Positions 39,337 to 53,620 of a DNA stretch of 64,000 bases are shown here, piece by piece. This DNA is from Lama guanicoe (taxonomy: Eukaryota). The translations under genes were made by a program, and so were the position numbers. Positions within the stretch are counted from its first letter, which is position 1, and every line of letters starts with the position of its first letter. The notes under the pieces are model-generated. The model was not told where the DNA came from, made no database searches, and worked only from the letters and a program-made list of their open reading frames with translations. The DNA lies in the NCBI GenBank assembly GCA_013239625.1, contig MU056000.1, forward strand, positions 9,646,675-9,710,674. Reading direction: 5' to 3'.

Positions 39337-39957
39337 TGTACATTCGTTTTCTATTGCTGCACAATTTACCACAAAAGTATCAGCTCGAGACAACAGCCAT
39401 TTGTTATCTTGCAGTCTCTGTGCGTCGAGATTCCAGGCATGGCTCATCCAAGTTCTGCCTTCAGAGCCTCACAAAGCTGAAATCAAGTGTCACTTAGGAT
39501 GCACCCCCATCTGAAAGTTCAAGAAGGAAGGATCTAGTTTACAGCCTCCTCGAAATGTGGACAGAATTACTTTCCTCGCAGCTGTAGAACTCACAGCAAT
39601 TTGCTTGTCCAGAGCCAGCAACAGAGATAGAATGTTGGCTATTTGAATTCTCCATCTTCAGGGAATGTCTAGGTCCTCTAATAATAGGCTATAATAATGG
39701 GCCATGACCAGGTCTGGGATACCCAGGATTATCTACCCTTGGATTAAACTCAGAGTCAATTTATCAGGGATCTTATCTCTCTGCTTTTACATATAGCATA
39801 ACATAATCACGGGAATTATGTCCCATGCACTATGTATGCCATGTTCTGTAGAAGCACATCATGGGGCCCACTCACACTCAAGGGGAAGGAATGGCACAAG
39901 GGTATGGATATGAGGGGGCAGAAATCATGGGGAGCACCCTAGGTTATGTCCCCCGGA
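39337..39957 (-). mobile_element. MLT1 (E/F-like) MaLR LTR nested in an L2 (38930-40180)
   Basis: 'ttttctattgctgcacaatttaccacaaa' start and 'ggggcagaaatcatggggagcaccctagg' end; L2 motifs continue on both sides. Confidence 0.65.
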
Positions 39958-42689
39958 AAGTGTAAGAGTTAAAAAAGGGACCCGGATGGCAGCAGATCTT
40001 TTGCCCAAGCAGCTATAAGAACTGAGTTTCTATTTACTAAATTAGAGAACATGGGCTAGAAGGCTTGACATGGGAGCAGAAAACCAAGAGTTTGGTTTCA
40101 AACATATTGTATTTAAGAAGTTTTTTTGACATACCAGTGGAGATGTCAAAGTAGGCATGTGCAAATTGCAGGTGACATGGGAAGACTGCATGAGCATCCA
40201 GGCAGAAACTAACATGTGGTACCTGCCTGGGTGAATTATCCACAGTGCAGGTTCCTTGCCTGCCATCTTGATAGTTCTGAAATGTGACTGAGTCAGTGCT
40301 CAACAGCCAATCAGACTGAGTCTGCTCACTTCTAAAAGACTAAATAAAACACTAACAAGAACACATCAATTCGCTGGAGCAAATGTCACCATAAAGCAGA
40401 CTGGATATTCACCTGACTATGGTGAGCACTTCTCTTTTAAGGTCTAGGATGGACACTGCTCATCTTTGATGTAATGGCTCTCATTTTTCTATGAATAGAC
40501 CATAACAGACCACCTCCCTCACCAATGGACATATTCTTTCCTGAACTCAGAAACTTTCCCTTTCTTTTCTTCTTCCCAAAGTTTCTTGAAGTATGACCCA
40601 CTTCTGTGAGAAGTAGTGGCTTATCATCATAATACTTTCTAAAAAGGATTGGAAGGCTTTTTAATAGAAGGATGGGAAGTATAGGAAGCTTAGAAAAACC
40701 TCACAGCCACCACATATCATTCTGAAATGTGTCCTGAGTGGGATGACTCCCTCTTGAAAATCCCTGCTTTCGGTTTCTTAATAGGATGGTGCACTTCGAT
40801 GTTATATATATTAATTTCATAACTCTCCAAGAATAATTTATCACTTTTTTTCACAATTTCTTGAGTTTCATCTAATTGTAGCCACATACTGTCTGTACCT
40901 AATAAGTTATATATAATGTCCAATTTTACTCATAAAAATTGAAGCTCAAAAAAGTTAAATAACATCACTAAATCTCATAACTAGACAGGATCAAGGAAAT
41001 TCATGCTCAAGTCTAGAAAATTCCCAAAGCACAAACTCTTTCTTAAACAACTACATTTTTAAAACTGTGGAGGCTGGGGTGGGTGGTGAGGGAGGGTATA
41101 AGCTAAAAAAGTTAGAAAATTCTTCCTTCCCTTGTGGGGTAATTAGAGGTAAGTTGAATAATCCTAGAAAACAGTTGTCTATCATTCTTCCAATGTAGTT
41201 TCAATAAATGGGGTAAGCAGATTAACATATCTCCAAATCCCTATTTCCTCCTGAATTCACTACCGATCCTTCAATATCTAAGTTCAGATGACTCTTCAGT
41301 AAACCCCAGATAAAATCAATAGCCCTCTCGTAATGTTCAAGACGTGCATCTATTTTAGTACTTACCATGTTTATTACAATCATGTTCCTTTCTGGCCATC
41401 TTCCCTTCTAGCCTAGGAGTATCTTTCAGGTGGATGTTGTGTCTCAAGCAGCTTTTTATCTTCAGCACCTAGGACAGTTCACATGAGCTTAAATGATGTT
41501 CAGCAACTGCTGAAGGAATGAATGGAAGAATAAACAAATGAAGGAGCAAATGAACAATGTTTATGACTTACCACTGTCACTATTATTGCAATAATACAGT
41601 GCCAGGCACGGAATTCTCCAAGAAGGAATTCTCTTCTATTTGGTTAAACCAAAGTTAAATGTAGATTCCAATTTGCATCCTGGAATATGTACAGCTTTAA
41701 GTAAATAATAATGGCTCTTATTTATGGAGTATATGTTTACACTGTGCAAAATACTGTGCTATGTCTTTTACATATATCTTCAGTTTTAATCCCAACAAAA
41801 GTATGAAGAAGTGGGTATTACTGCCCTCGTTTCCATATGTAGTAACTGATACTCAGACCTTCCTGCAAAAACCACACATTTAGCATAATATAATACCCTT
41901 AAAATATTGCTAAATAAATCAAGGTCTGTGGTAATTCGATGTGGAAGAAAAGATAAAGTAGAACCAACATCTTACAGTTCTGCTTTAGTCTCTATGGCTA
42001 ATTGTTCAGTGTTGCAAAGTGTGTACACCTTTAACAGCTATTTTACTGGGGGACATTCAGAGTGACTCTGGAGAATATCTTCTATCCCTGTAGCATCTCA
42101 CTTTGGCACTGGTTCTGGTTTGTCTGATGAAGCTGTTCCATCTGAGATTTCTGTGCGTCTAATGTGCGTGTGTATTTTACACTTGGCCCAGCCATTCTGG
42201 TAGCAGCATATGGTTAGTTTGTTAATTGGGCTTTTTGTTATGCTGTGTCTGCAAAGCTTCTTTTAATTTATATTCAAATGTTTGTCATCCTCTGGCAGCC
42301 TGTTTTGTGATGTCTGTGTTTGCTTTGTGACCCATGACTATAGCATGTTTTTCAAGCTGTGTTCTGACACATTATTTGAGGATGCCCACCATGTGCTGGC
42401 TTCTTATGACAATATAACTCCTGCTCTGCCTTCTTAACTATCCACTGAAGCTGGCCTTGGGAGAGGGCAAGGAAAGGGCAGCGTCACTGTTTCAGCTCAT
42501 TTAGGTAACTGCACTGTTAAAAATGCTCTAGATGGGATGAAAGTTGGCTTGTTTATCAAAGACAGACATCTAGGTGATTCATGTAGCATCCAACATCCAC
42601 AAAAGCCTGCCTTTTGCCAGGCACTGCACATGGGTCAGGTTCAGAGGATTCAGTAAAAGAAGATGAAGTAAGGAAGCCACCAAGGATGG

Positions 42690-42955
42690 TACTAGTTGCA
42701 GACTTTTGAACCTACCTTCTTGGGCTCAAATTCCAGTTTCACTAATCACCAGTTGTATGACCTTAGACAAGATACTTTACCTCTCTGTGCTTTAGTTTTC
42801 TCGTCTATATAATGTGAGTGGCCATAACATCCATTTCATAGGATTCGTGGAAATCCTATGAAATATGAAATCCTATGAACCAGCACCTATAAGGCACTCA
42901 GAATAATGTGTCGGACATAGTAACCCTGAGGAAATACTAGCTCTTATTGTTATTA
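42690..42955 (+). mobile_element. MIR SINE
   Basis: 'gggctcaaattccagtttcactaatcaccagttgtatgaccttagacaagatactttacctctctgtgctttagttttctcgtctatataatg'. Confidence 0.8.
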
Positions 42956-43068
42956 CTTTTTTATACAAGTTCTAATAAATATAGTAATCTTGTTAGTTCA
43001 AGGGGTTAGTTAATCTGGTTAGTACAATCTATGGCAAAGCAGAAATAAAAAGCCCAAAGGGGTCTAAT

Positions 43069-43318
43069 CAATATTCTCCAAACTGCCTTCTGGAGCAAAT
43101 TAATAGACTTAAAGAAAAACGTTCTTATGGTTAAATAAGTATGGGAAGTTCTGAGTTAAAACAGATGGCTGTACACATCACAGACCCTGCACTAAGCTGA
43201 TGTCTATTGTGACTCTCCAAGAAAAAATTCAGCTCTCAAGCTTTCTGAATACAGAAATTCCATCTAGATGTACATCGTAAAGGACTAGTTTCCATACAAG
43301 ATCCTTTGGGAAGTCCTG
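43069..43318. mobile_element. MER103-like hAT-Charlie element
   Basis: 'atggttaaataagtatgggaa' and 'gctgatgtctattgtgactctccaag' motifs; degenerate TIRs. Confidence 0.55.
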
Positions 43319-44004
43319 ATCTGGGTAAAAGCTGTTAACAATCATAAGTAGTAATTAGAGGAAAGTTAGAGTTTAGGATATCAACCATACTCCTAAATAT
43401 TTAAGATTGAGGTCTTGGATATTTATGTGAAATTGCAGCTATGCAATTATGTGACAGCTCACACATGCACACACACGCACGCGCGCACACACAGAATTTA
43501 TCCACAAAGAAATCTTTGTTGTCACCACAGGAGACCAAATCCTGTGACATTATTGGTATCTCGTTCTTTCTGGAACAACATTTCTCAGAGGAGTAGACCG
43601 AGAGCCTCCAAATCTCCAAAACAAAAGAGACAAAATGCGCTAGGATTCTGCAGAGTGCTGGCACTTCCACACTGCTCGTGTGAAATCATGAAGATAGAGA
43701 ATATTATCTCCAATTTTGCTCCTGGCAGAGAATGTAAAAACATATTGATTTGCTTGTTGGTCTGATAATTTATCAAATGTTTCTCTAATTATGGGGAAGT
43801 TGAAGAAAAAAGAGGGTAAAAAGGGAACCTAAGGGAATATAATGACAGTAGCCAGAAAGTAATAATGTCTGGCAGACATAAATAAATAAAGCATTTCCTC
43901 TTGGCTAAGGAACTTTTATATTTGGCTTTTTTTTTTCAATTAAAAAAAAAACTTGTATGGAAATATTTGACCAGTTTTAATGTAAATATAAATCGTAAAT
44001 ATCC

Positions 44005-45430
44005 TTTCTACACTGTGCTAGATGCTAAGGGGGAAGTGATGAGAGTGGCACAGTAGTCTCATACCTGTGCTCACAGATAATCACACAATTTCAATTCACA
44101 GCTCTGAGCAAGGCCATTTAAGAGCTGGGGAAACACATGGATGAGTCCCTTAACCCAAGCTGACTGGGGAAGAAGACAAAGAATCCTTCCAGAGGAAGTG
44201 GAAGCTAAGCTGAGGAGTAAATAGGAGATAGCAAGGCGACGGCCGGTGGTAGGAAGAGATGAGTCTTATAAAAGAGAAAAGCCTGAGGGCAAGAGAAAGT
44301 GAACAGGGCTTGAGAACCAGAAGTAAGCTTAGTGGGACTATAGTACAGAGTGTAAAGGAGCAAAATGATGAAGGGCGAGAGGGAGGGTTGAGCCAGAGGT
44401 AGATCATGAATGATTTCAGAAATCAGGGTGAAGGACTTGCAGTTTCTCCTGCGGATTCCTGGGAGCTGCGGAAGCGTTCTAAACCAAGCAGGGACATGGT
44501 CAACTGCTCTTTGGAATAACTCCAATAATGCCATGAGGAAATTAGTTTGGTTGGCGGCAATATTTGTACCCAGAGGATCATATAGGAGACTGTATCTGTT
44601 AAATGAAAAGAAAAGAAGAGAAATGATGGTGGATAGTGAATGGAAAGATGTGAGAAGTTCAGGAGGCAAAATGTATGACCGGTTTAATGTGGGAGATACA
44701 GAGAAAGAGGAAGAAGGATTAAAGGATGACTCACAACTTCCTAGATGTGGGTGCCACTCGTTGATTCTGGAGAGCAGAGATGGAGAACAAGGGCTGAAGA
44801 TAGCACATTTAATTTGGGATATGTGGTGCTGGGCATCTACCTGGAGATGACCAACGGGCAGTCGGAGATGCTGGAGACACATTTGGGTGCTGTTATCATG
44901 GAGTGAGATGATGTCTAGAGAGTGTGTATCAAGGGAGAAGAATTTCTAGGGAGATACCCTCAAGGAGAACCAGAAGACAAAGAACTCTCAGAGAGACTGA
45001 GAAGTCACGAAAATAACTGGAGAAGGAAAATCAGCAAAGGGATAAAGGCATGCTCGCTCAGGTGTGTTGCGTGATGCTAAGAGAAGAAAAAGGTTCCGCC
45101 TGGGAGGCATCTTTTAAGTGCAGTACCACCACCATTGTTTTTATAAACCAGTAGCTGTTGTAGGTGGAGTGAGCTGAAGACTGAGCGAAGACCAGGGTGC
45201 AGGACAAGGATGTGCTCTCCAGAGGTCGCTGGGAGGAGCGATGTAGCAAGAAGCTGTAGGAGGTTGCAAGATCATGGAAAGAGGTTTCTCCTAGTATCTT
45301 TTTCTTTATGAAAGCCTTAGATACTTAAATACGGATGAGAAGGGAATAGTAGATAAAGAAAACATTTCTTTTGGAATTGTAGACTGAGTAAAGCCTCTGA
45401 TGAGACAGAAGGGATAAGATCTGGAGGTCA
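44005..45430 (-). mobile_element. Long L2 LINE fragment (source of the 225-aa and 146-aa ORFs)
   Basis: Antisense L2 motifs throughout ('gaagctaagctgagg', 'aaggatgactcacaacttcctag', 'gggcatctacctggagatgaccaac'). Confidence 0.7.
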
Positions 45431-46309
45431 ATAGATCTGGAGGCTTTTTATTCATGCCCCAAAAAACTCAGTTATATGTCTATCATATCACCTCTCTACG
45501 GGCCTCGTAGGCCTCCTCTGTAGTAGTTGTCTGTCATGAGCTACATGCAGACAGGAACTGTCTCCATCTCACTCATTGTTGTACCAGTCATACCTATAGA
45601 AGATGCTCAGTAAACACGCAGTTAGACATAGCAGGTGACTGCTAGTATTTCTATAATGTAGGTTTTAGGAAAGAGGACTTGACCTAAAGACCAGAAGCCA
45701 CAGCCGTTATTTCAAGGTCTAAATGTTTCCCAAACTTAGCAGAAGCTCAGCAACGCCCTTTTCTAACTCAAACCCTGAGACTCTACCAAGAGGCAGTGTG
45801 GTTTAGTGCATGTCCATTTTGCTGCCTTTGGACCCAGTCTGAGTCCTGTATTCTACCACTTATTAGAAATAGTGGACCTCAGACATGTGTTCAACATCGC
45901 TTAACCTCAGTTTCTTGACGTGCAGAAGCTAGGAGGAAAATAGGCCTGGGGGAGAGACACAGAAACGGAAGCAACCCCAGAGCAACAGAACCCTCCAAGG
46001 GCTGTCAGGAAACCAGTATTCAGAACCAAGGGCTGTGCCTCTTAGCATCCAAAGATTTTCAGGATTTCATAAAGAAAAATCTAACAGAGTCCTACCAAAT
46101 AGATATTTTTAGGAACTTGCTTTTTTAATAACTAAGGATGATTTTTTTTATTAGCATTGAAATTGTACATCAGACGGTTTAAAACATTTATTCTCTTAAG
46201 GGCCTCTCCAGTAGACTGATGGTCCCAGCCCAGCTTAATAGCACACAGTTAGCAAGTAACAAAGCTAAGATTCAAATCCATATCCAACATAAAAATTAGA
46301 TCTCAAATT

Positions 46310-46510
46310 CCTCTTAACAAACCTACTAGAAAAAGACAGACATCTCATAGAAAGATGAGCAAGAGACTAAAGAGGCACTTCATGGGGGGAATAAATGGTA
46401 TCCAATAGGTAATAAATATATGCAATGATGCTCAACATCATTGATCATCAGGGAAATGAAAAGTAAATCCACAAGGAGATACCACCAAACCCTGGCCAAA
46501 TGCCTAAAAT
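46310..46510 (+). mobile_element. Old L1 ORF2 fragment
   Basis: 'aaatatatgcaatgatgctcaacatcattgatcatcagggaaatgaaaagtaaatccacaaggagataccac' corresponds to the degenerate KCSTSLIIREMQIKTTMRYH motif. Confidence 0.7.
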
Positions 46511-47960
46511 GTAGGGGGTTCCCAGAACAGTCAGGCATCTTATCTTTATAACACAGGAGTCTTTCTGGAGTTACTATCGGATCTATTTATCTAAGGTCTT
46601 ATCTTAAAACACACATTTGAATAGGCCGGAGTTAAAGGAGTTTGAATTCAGCCTGTGACGGATTTCATGGTTTAGTTTCCTTTGGTTTGGTTTATCTATT
46701 TTTGCAAGTTATAGTGAAACCCCTAGTTGATTTTTCTGTTTCAATTCTATTTTCCTTTCAGAGTCTAGCTGCCAGCAGGACAAATGTTATCTTTATTGCT
46801 ACATATTTATATACTGCATATTAATACATAGGCACATATTTATTTATTGAGTTCCACGCTTAGGAAATGTGCACTTTCCTGAAGTATTAGACTTCAAAAA
46901 ACATTCTCTAAAAACAGAGAAATGAGCTTCCCCACTCCTCCTCTGCTTCTCCTCTCTTCGTCTTCCCTGAATTATGGTCCACATCCCCTAGGGCACAGCT
47001 CTCCTTTTCTAGCCGATGGTTCCCCTGGCTTCTCCCCAAGCCTTCCTCTGGAATGTGGTTGCCCTGAGTCTACACATCTTCCCTGAGAAGCCAGCTCCCC
47101 TCTCCTCTGCTAAGATCTACCCCCACCCCTTTCCACAGGAAACCCCTCTGGCTGTGCGGACTGAACCTTTTCCCAACCCCTCACCAGGGTGCCTTCGAGG
47201 GGAGGGGAAGAAAGGCATGCATTTCACCTTAGGGTAGCTTTCTACATATTCGATCTATTTGCTTCCTGTACTCTCATTTATTTCAAAATGATGTTGATAT
47301 GGAGCTGTGCTGTTCATTTCAAAAATTTCCAGCTGAAAGTTAACCATCTGGGCCCCTTAGACCATGACAGATAGACATACACATGACCACATATATATTA
47401 AAATCTTTTGATGGCATCATAATGCCTTCTTTTAGAACTATCCAGATCCACAAATGCCCTTTTTATTGTGAAGCATAAAACTATGCAGCAGAATTTGCTA
47501 CCCATGTGATATTTCAGAATGGACTTTTTATTACGTGGGAAAAATCAGTAGAAAGCAGCTGTTTTTTTTTTAAATCAGGGAGTTTCTTTTCTCTTCTTTC
47601 TTTCCTTCTTTCTTCTTTTCCTCTCTCTCTCTCCTTCCTTCCTTCTTTCTTTCTTTTTAAATTGTAGATACACTGAAATAATATCTTGCTCTATAGAAAG
47701 AAAAGTTCTTATAATTTACATAGAAGTCATTATAAAGCTAATATGAGAAGCCCTCTGTGATTATTTTTAAGATTGCTTTGCTGACACCTACTGGATAGGA
47801 TCTTTTACACAAACATACAACACAAGTGAAAAAATGAGGATTTCCTATTCTAATTTGGATGCATGAAATTTTCTTAAATAATAAAATGGATGAGATTAAC
47901 TAATTAGATTAATTTTTAATTCCTTGTGTGGTTCAAATTAATTTTCTTTTTTATTCTTCC

Positions 47961-48004
<44 letters not shown>

Positions 48005-48006
48005 TC
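47961..48006. repeat. (TTTC)n microsatellite
   Basis: Directly visible tetramer run. Confidence 0.9.
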
Positions 48007-48728
48007 CTTTGTTCTGTCTTTTTTTGTGGGAAGGGGATGTATAAAGACCAAACATTTCAAAGTTTAAGCTCGGAAAGAAAAGATATCACTTTCCTTTAAA
48101 ATAGTAATGAATTGAGAAAATCTATTTATACTTAACATTACTGTCTAAATTGTCATATTCCTGCTAGTAGATCTCCCAGTTTAACAAAACAGATGAGATG
48201 GGGGAAAAAAATATTATGTAAATTAATCAGCTGTTTTCCACTGAGAAGTTAATGTGCTCTCTTCGGTCTTTAAATAAGGCCCTTTTGATCCCAAGCAACC
48301 ATTTATGAGTATCTGGAATTCCAAAATAAACATGAAGTTTATTTAATGGTTAACTAGAGATAATAAATCTATACCTCTTGGAGCTACAATTTTAAAACTC
48401 TTAATAAATTTATAGCTACAATGGGACTTAAATTGATTCAGTTTAAACATTTGATTTTTAAATTGTATAGATAGTGAGGGCAAGGGCCAAGAACTGAGAC
48501 AACAAGAAATGCTGCCTGGAACCCAGAACCTGAATCCCAGACCAATGCTTTATACATTGATTTATACAATGATTCTACTGCATCATTGGCCCTTAAATGT
48601 TGCTTTATTATTTATCCCTTGATATCAACTATTTGCATTAGTTACGGATCACAATCATTCCTTACTTCAACTCATTGGCTTATCAGATGCTCTAATGGAG
48701 AATATGATCTGGTGAAAAACTTAGAAAA

Positions 48729-49265
48729 TGTTAGTTACCCGTTGACACATAATCAATAATCACAAATATAGCAGCTTAAAAATGCTGATTTATTATGCAT
48801 AGTTTCTGTGAATAATTTATAGTTTCTGTGGGTCAGGCATTCAAACACGGCTTAGCCAGGTCCTCTGCCTCAGGGTCTGAAAAGGCTGAAAGCAAGATAT
48901 TGGATGGGGCTGTGACCCCATCAGAGGCTCAGCTGGGGGAGGATCTACTTTCAACATCTCTCATGTTGTTGGTAGAGTCCATTTCCTTATAGCTGCAGGA
49001 CCAAGGCTTCATCCTCTTCTGTGTGTGGGCTTTCCAAACATGGCTGCGCACATCTTCAAAACCAACAAGGGAGAGCAAAACCCTTCAAAAGATTGTGCTA
49101 CGATTTTACGTAACATCACCACAGAATAATGCAGTACATGTAATCATAAACACCCATCACCTTTGCTGCATTCTGTTGGTTAGAATTGTCACAGATCCTG
49201 CCCGCACTCAAGAGAGCACCATGTGCTGGGGATCCTGGGAACCACCCTAGAATCTGTCCTCCACA
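48729..49265 (-). mobile_element. MLT1 MaLR LTR
   Basis: 'agtttctgtgggtcaggcattcaaacacggcttagccaggtcctctgcctcagggtct' and end 'ccaccctagaatctgtcctccaca'. Confidence 0.75.
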
Positions 49266-50325
49266 AAAGAGACCCAAGAATTCTAATCTCAGGTTCATAT
49301 CCAGTTGACATTTTAAAATATAAAAGTGGCCCAGATATAATTTTGCCTTGAAAATGTTAATGTGTGTCTGTTTAATTTAATATAAAACATGAAACAACAC
49401 TTGAGTGCTGTTGGTCCCTTCCACAAATGGAACTGCTCCAGGGAAAGAACCTAGAGTGAAGCCACCTCTGACCAGTTGCCACCCTCAACTGTGGGAAGAG
49501 CCCGTCACTCAAGCGGGGCTGTGAACGCACTTCAGGGAGGGACGACAGATGTGGCAGAGGAGAGCTTGCTCCAAACAGCCACAGAGCAGGCAAAATAATG
49601 AAATAAATCCATTTGCATGGGCCCTACATAGCACACAACTATTTTAAGTTTTAAAATTAGTTCTTCTGTAAAGTGTACAACCAAAATATTTATGGCTGAC
49701 ACATTTTTCAACACCTCTTTCAACTGTCTTGATTATATTTTTTAAATAACGTACATTTTAGAGGTGTCTCCTAGGAGCCAAGCAGCTGCAGTTTTTTCAA
49801 ATTGTTTGTCCTTCTTTAATTCTTGGAATTCATGAACCTGGATTTGAATAGCACCATAGACAGTACCAGAACAGATGTAAGGAATGTTTTATTGACATGA
49901 ATAAGCAGCACTAAGTTGTCTCCTAGATGGAGAGAGTTTGGCTATGGCAATATGTGACGGTAATTTTGTAACCTTAAAGATGAATTATAACCAATTAAGC
50001 ACTGACTCAGCAAAGTTAGCATACTGCCAAATTGATAATAGATATTCAACGATTCTTATTTAATCTTCAAAGTAACCTTGTAAGCCACAGTATTATCCTT
50101 ACTATTATAGATGAGGAGAGCAATGCTTAGAAGTGAGGCAACTAGCCCAAGGGGAAGTAGATAATGAGTAGGAGTGTGCTGCCTTCACATCTACCACGTT
50201 TCCATCACTGAGCAGCCACCTATGTTCTTGTTTTGAATCAGCTTGATTTCTTATGTCTTAACATATCTAAAGGAAGTATCTTTGCTCCCAACTGATATTG
50301 TTTGCTGGAGTTCACCCAAAGCTTA

Positions 50326-50899
50326 TGTTGCCGAAAGATCAGCCCCCGTCCCTGATGAGCCAAATAACCCAGAGACAAAGTCTTGGAGCTTAGAAGAGAA
50401 GAGGCAATTTTATTGCTTTGCTGGGCAAAGGGGACTCACAGCAGGCTAGTGCCTTGAAAACTGTGAGCCCACCTTGGGGATGGGGTGGGATGGTTATACA
50501 GCCATGGCTCAAACAATAAAGCGTCGATAACAATCAACAGAATCATTTTCTCATCAGAAGACAGAACGGCATCATGATGCCTCCAGGCGACCAGTTAGCA
50601 GTTAGATTTCTTTACCTCGTAAGCACTCAAGGTGTGGCCTTCTTGGTAATTCAGGCTATTTTGTAAGGTTATAGTCCTGTGACCTTCTCCTTGGAGAAGG
50701 ACTCAGAGACCAAGCATGATTATTATTTTCAATGACTGGAATAACTTAGAAACAGTAAGATTGATAGCTTTAGTTTTAACAGTGGGCCTGGAACTGTGAG
50801 TAGCAACCAGTCAGTCAGGTCAGTTGACCGTTTTAAGGGCAAGCATAAGAATGAGCGATCCGTTAGCCTAAGTGCAGCCATTTTTTTAATCCTCCTTCA
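50326..50899 (-). mobile_element. ERV1-class solo LTR with intact TSD
   Basis: TG...CA termini flanked by a perfect 4-bp TSD CTTA (50322-50325 and 50900-50903); minus-strand AATAAA near 50408-50413. Confidence 0.8.
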
Positions 50900-51396
50900 C
50901 TTATACCTATGTCTTAAGTTGATTTGAAGAGTGTGAATGTGTACTTTCGTTTTTTTAATACACTTTGGATAAAAAAATGAAATGTATAAAAATCAAAATG
51001 TCCCTGATTATCCAAACTCTGCCACGACACTGCTCTGCAGAGAGGGGAGATCTCAAGTTGAGCTCTTGGCCACTGAGATGCACAGATTCCTGCAGGGCTG
51101 TGAGAGCCAATCCAGGAGGCTACCGAGAGACACTGCAGGGCTTCCACGACAGGAAGTGCTTTGTCGCAAATAGTGGAGCGATCAGTCCTCTAATTGCCCT
51201 GCACATATATGTGGCAGTTTAGATTTTAAAAAACATGCTCATTAAAATCAGTTGAGGAAGGATGAATTATTCAATAAACAAAAAATAGCTCCACCTCACA
51301 CCAAAACCAAACTTTTATTGCAGTAGATATGATTGTAAAAAATATTAAAAATATTATACTTTTGTGTTGGGAAAGGGTTATCATAGCACATTACCT

Positions 51397-51430
<34 letters not shown>
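51397..51430. repeat. (CA)n microsatellite
   Basis: Directly visible. Confidence 0.9.
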
Positions 51431-53379
51431 AAATACGCACGTAACTGTAGAGGTTCTCTATTGCTCTGTCTTGCCAGCATCCATTGCCTCCTTTTATTTA
51501 GTAAGAGAAGACATCTGATGCTTTCAGGAAACATCCCTTCCTGTTACTTAGTCCTTTTGACTCATCATCTCTACTCTCCAATTTCAGATCAAAACCAAGT
51601 CCTGGCCGATCAGAGTCACGTCCTTCACTGAGATGTGACCTGAGCTGGGCCAGCCAAAGCCTTTTAAAGATTCTACTAGGATTCTCCAGAAAAGGACTCT
51701 CTTTCCAAGGTCTTGGGAACTAAAGATCCAGTAAGTGTGAAATTGCTGAAGCAGTCAAGAAGGACAGGGAGGGGAGACGAGTTGAAGAAGGGAAGGAGGA
51801 CAGCAGAAAATATAAGAACGGAAATGAAAGATGAAGGGAAAAGAGGAAAAGAAGACAGTTATCAAGAATCCTCCCTTTGCAACGTATCTTTGAAATAAGT
51901 TGTTTTAGCCTTAGGATGATATGCGTGCCCACAGTTTACTTAGAATTATGGAGTGAAAGGGAGTTACCAATTTTCAACATATGAATTTCTTTAAATGACT
52001 ATATTCAACCTTGCTGTGTTGGGAAGTTCTTCAAAATTAAGGCAGAAAAAATGGCCTGCTGATGGAAGTGAAAAAGACTTTCCCCTAAGAAAGCAAGCTG
52101 TGGGCGTGTGTGCTTTCTGTTTTGTTATACCCTGTGCAGGAGTCTAGCTAAGACCTCTTTCCATATCCCTTCATTATGCTCTGTTGAAATTCATAGGGTT
52201 TAAAGGAAACTTAAGGATAATGAGGAGGCTGTGATTTGTTGTTATGCAGAAAATTTTAATGATCAAAGAAACCAAGAGCCATGTTAGCAAAAAATACTTA
52301 ACGTCACATTTTATATTTACCAAAATTGATGCACAATTATGTCAACTAATTTATACTTAATCCATTGTTGGAATAATTTATTTATGAAAATTAACTTGAA
52401 TAACATTGTGATCAGTGGGAGGACTGGGATGGGGGAAAGCATAAATAGCATAAATAAATAATGAATGAAATAAATAAATGAAAAGGAGCTGTAGCTTTAG
52501 GGCTGTGTGTCTTCCCCTCATGTGGAAGATGAGTACAAATGATCTGGTGTGCAAATGTCAATGAAATGTGAAATGGGCTGAATTCCTGGGTTTCGGGGAA
52601 TGGCTTTATTTTGGAACAACCAACCACTGCCTTCAGCCATGCCCTGTCCACATTCCTGTCCCTGCTTTTGGTCAGTGTTTGTAGAAGAGTCCATCTTTTT
52701 CTGGTCATTTTCAGTTTTGAGAACAACTTCATACAGGTAATTATTAAAAGCATTTATTTTCCACTCCTCACATGTCTGAGGGAGAGAACGTTCATTGAAA
52801 GAAGCTCTGATCCCCCTTTTCTGCCTCTCTCATTACTTCTTGAACAGCAGTTGTCCAACACTGCTGTGACAGGGCAAGCAAGTTAATTTAAGGTAAGATT
52901 TTAGCAGAGCTGTGTGCAACACAATAGAAGCCTTATTCTCCAGCCAGAGTTACCTGTAGCTGAAACAATGCTGTATTTAAATTTCCCCCTGTCCAACTTC
53001 TAAATCAATCAGTTGCTTTAAACAAAGACGAGGCAAGGAAGAAGGATGTTAAGTGTTCCTTTCTCGAAGCCCAATGATAATTGAGATGCACTTTCAGTCA
53101 TTAGAATTATGGTCTAATATTACATTTGATTCAAAACTTCTCTTCTTCCTTCATGCAGGCCTGACCCACTGTCCACGCACTTCCAGTGGGAAGAGGGGTG
53201 TGGTTCACTCTTTCACTCTTCTCTGCCCTCTTATTCACTAGGCAACGTCCACCCTTCCAGGCCTCTGTGATGGCCATACTCAGCTCTCCTTCCTCACAGC
53301 CAAGGGTTCCCTCACTTCAGCAAGCTTCTGTCTTGGGTGAGTTCTTTCAAGGTAGCTTGAGCCCTGTCACCATCATGAG

Positions 53380-53620
53380 AGGAAGTATGCCAGTCAGACT
53401 TGCAATATTTAAATCTGAATGTTTCATGTACCAGCCACGTGGCCTTGAGCAAGTCTCAGTGCCCTGTATATAAAATGGAAAAGCTAAATTACCAATATCA
53501 CATGGTTGTTTAATGACTAGATGAGACACATGTGTGTGTGTGTGTATACATAGCAGACATAAAGTGTTTACTATAGTGCCTTGCATTTAATACGTGTTAT
53601 ATAAGTGTTAAATAAAATAA
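53380..53620 (+). mobile_element. MIR SINE
   Basis: 'ccagccacgtggccttgagcaagtctcagtgccctgtatataaaatggaa...aaagtgtttactatagtgccttgcat'. Confidence 0.7.

Noticed and set aside
40717..42300. Minus-strand protein-like stretches (GTDSMWLQLDETQEIVKK...; GIEDILQSHSECPPVK*LLKVY...)
   Set aside because: In-frame stops or missing donors and no recognisable homology; could be decayed exons but cannot be supported.
44205..44882. Longest ORF in the track (225 aa) and the overlapping 146-aa ORF
   Set aside because: Both lie inside an L2 fossil, have low-complexity S/L/F/P or purine-biased composition, and lack splice or promoter context.
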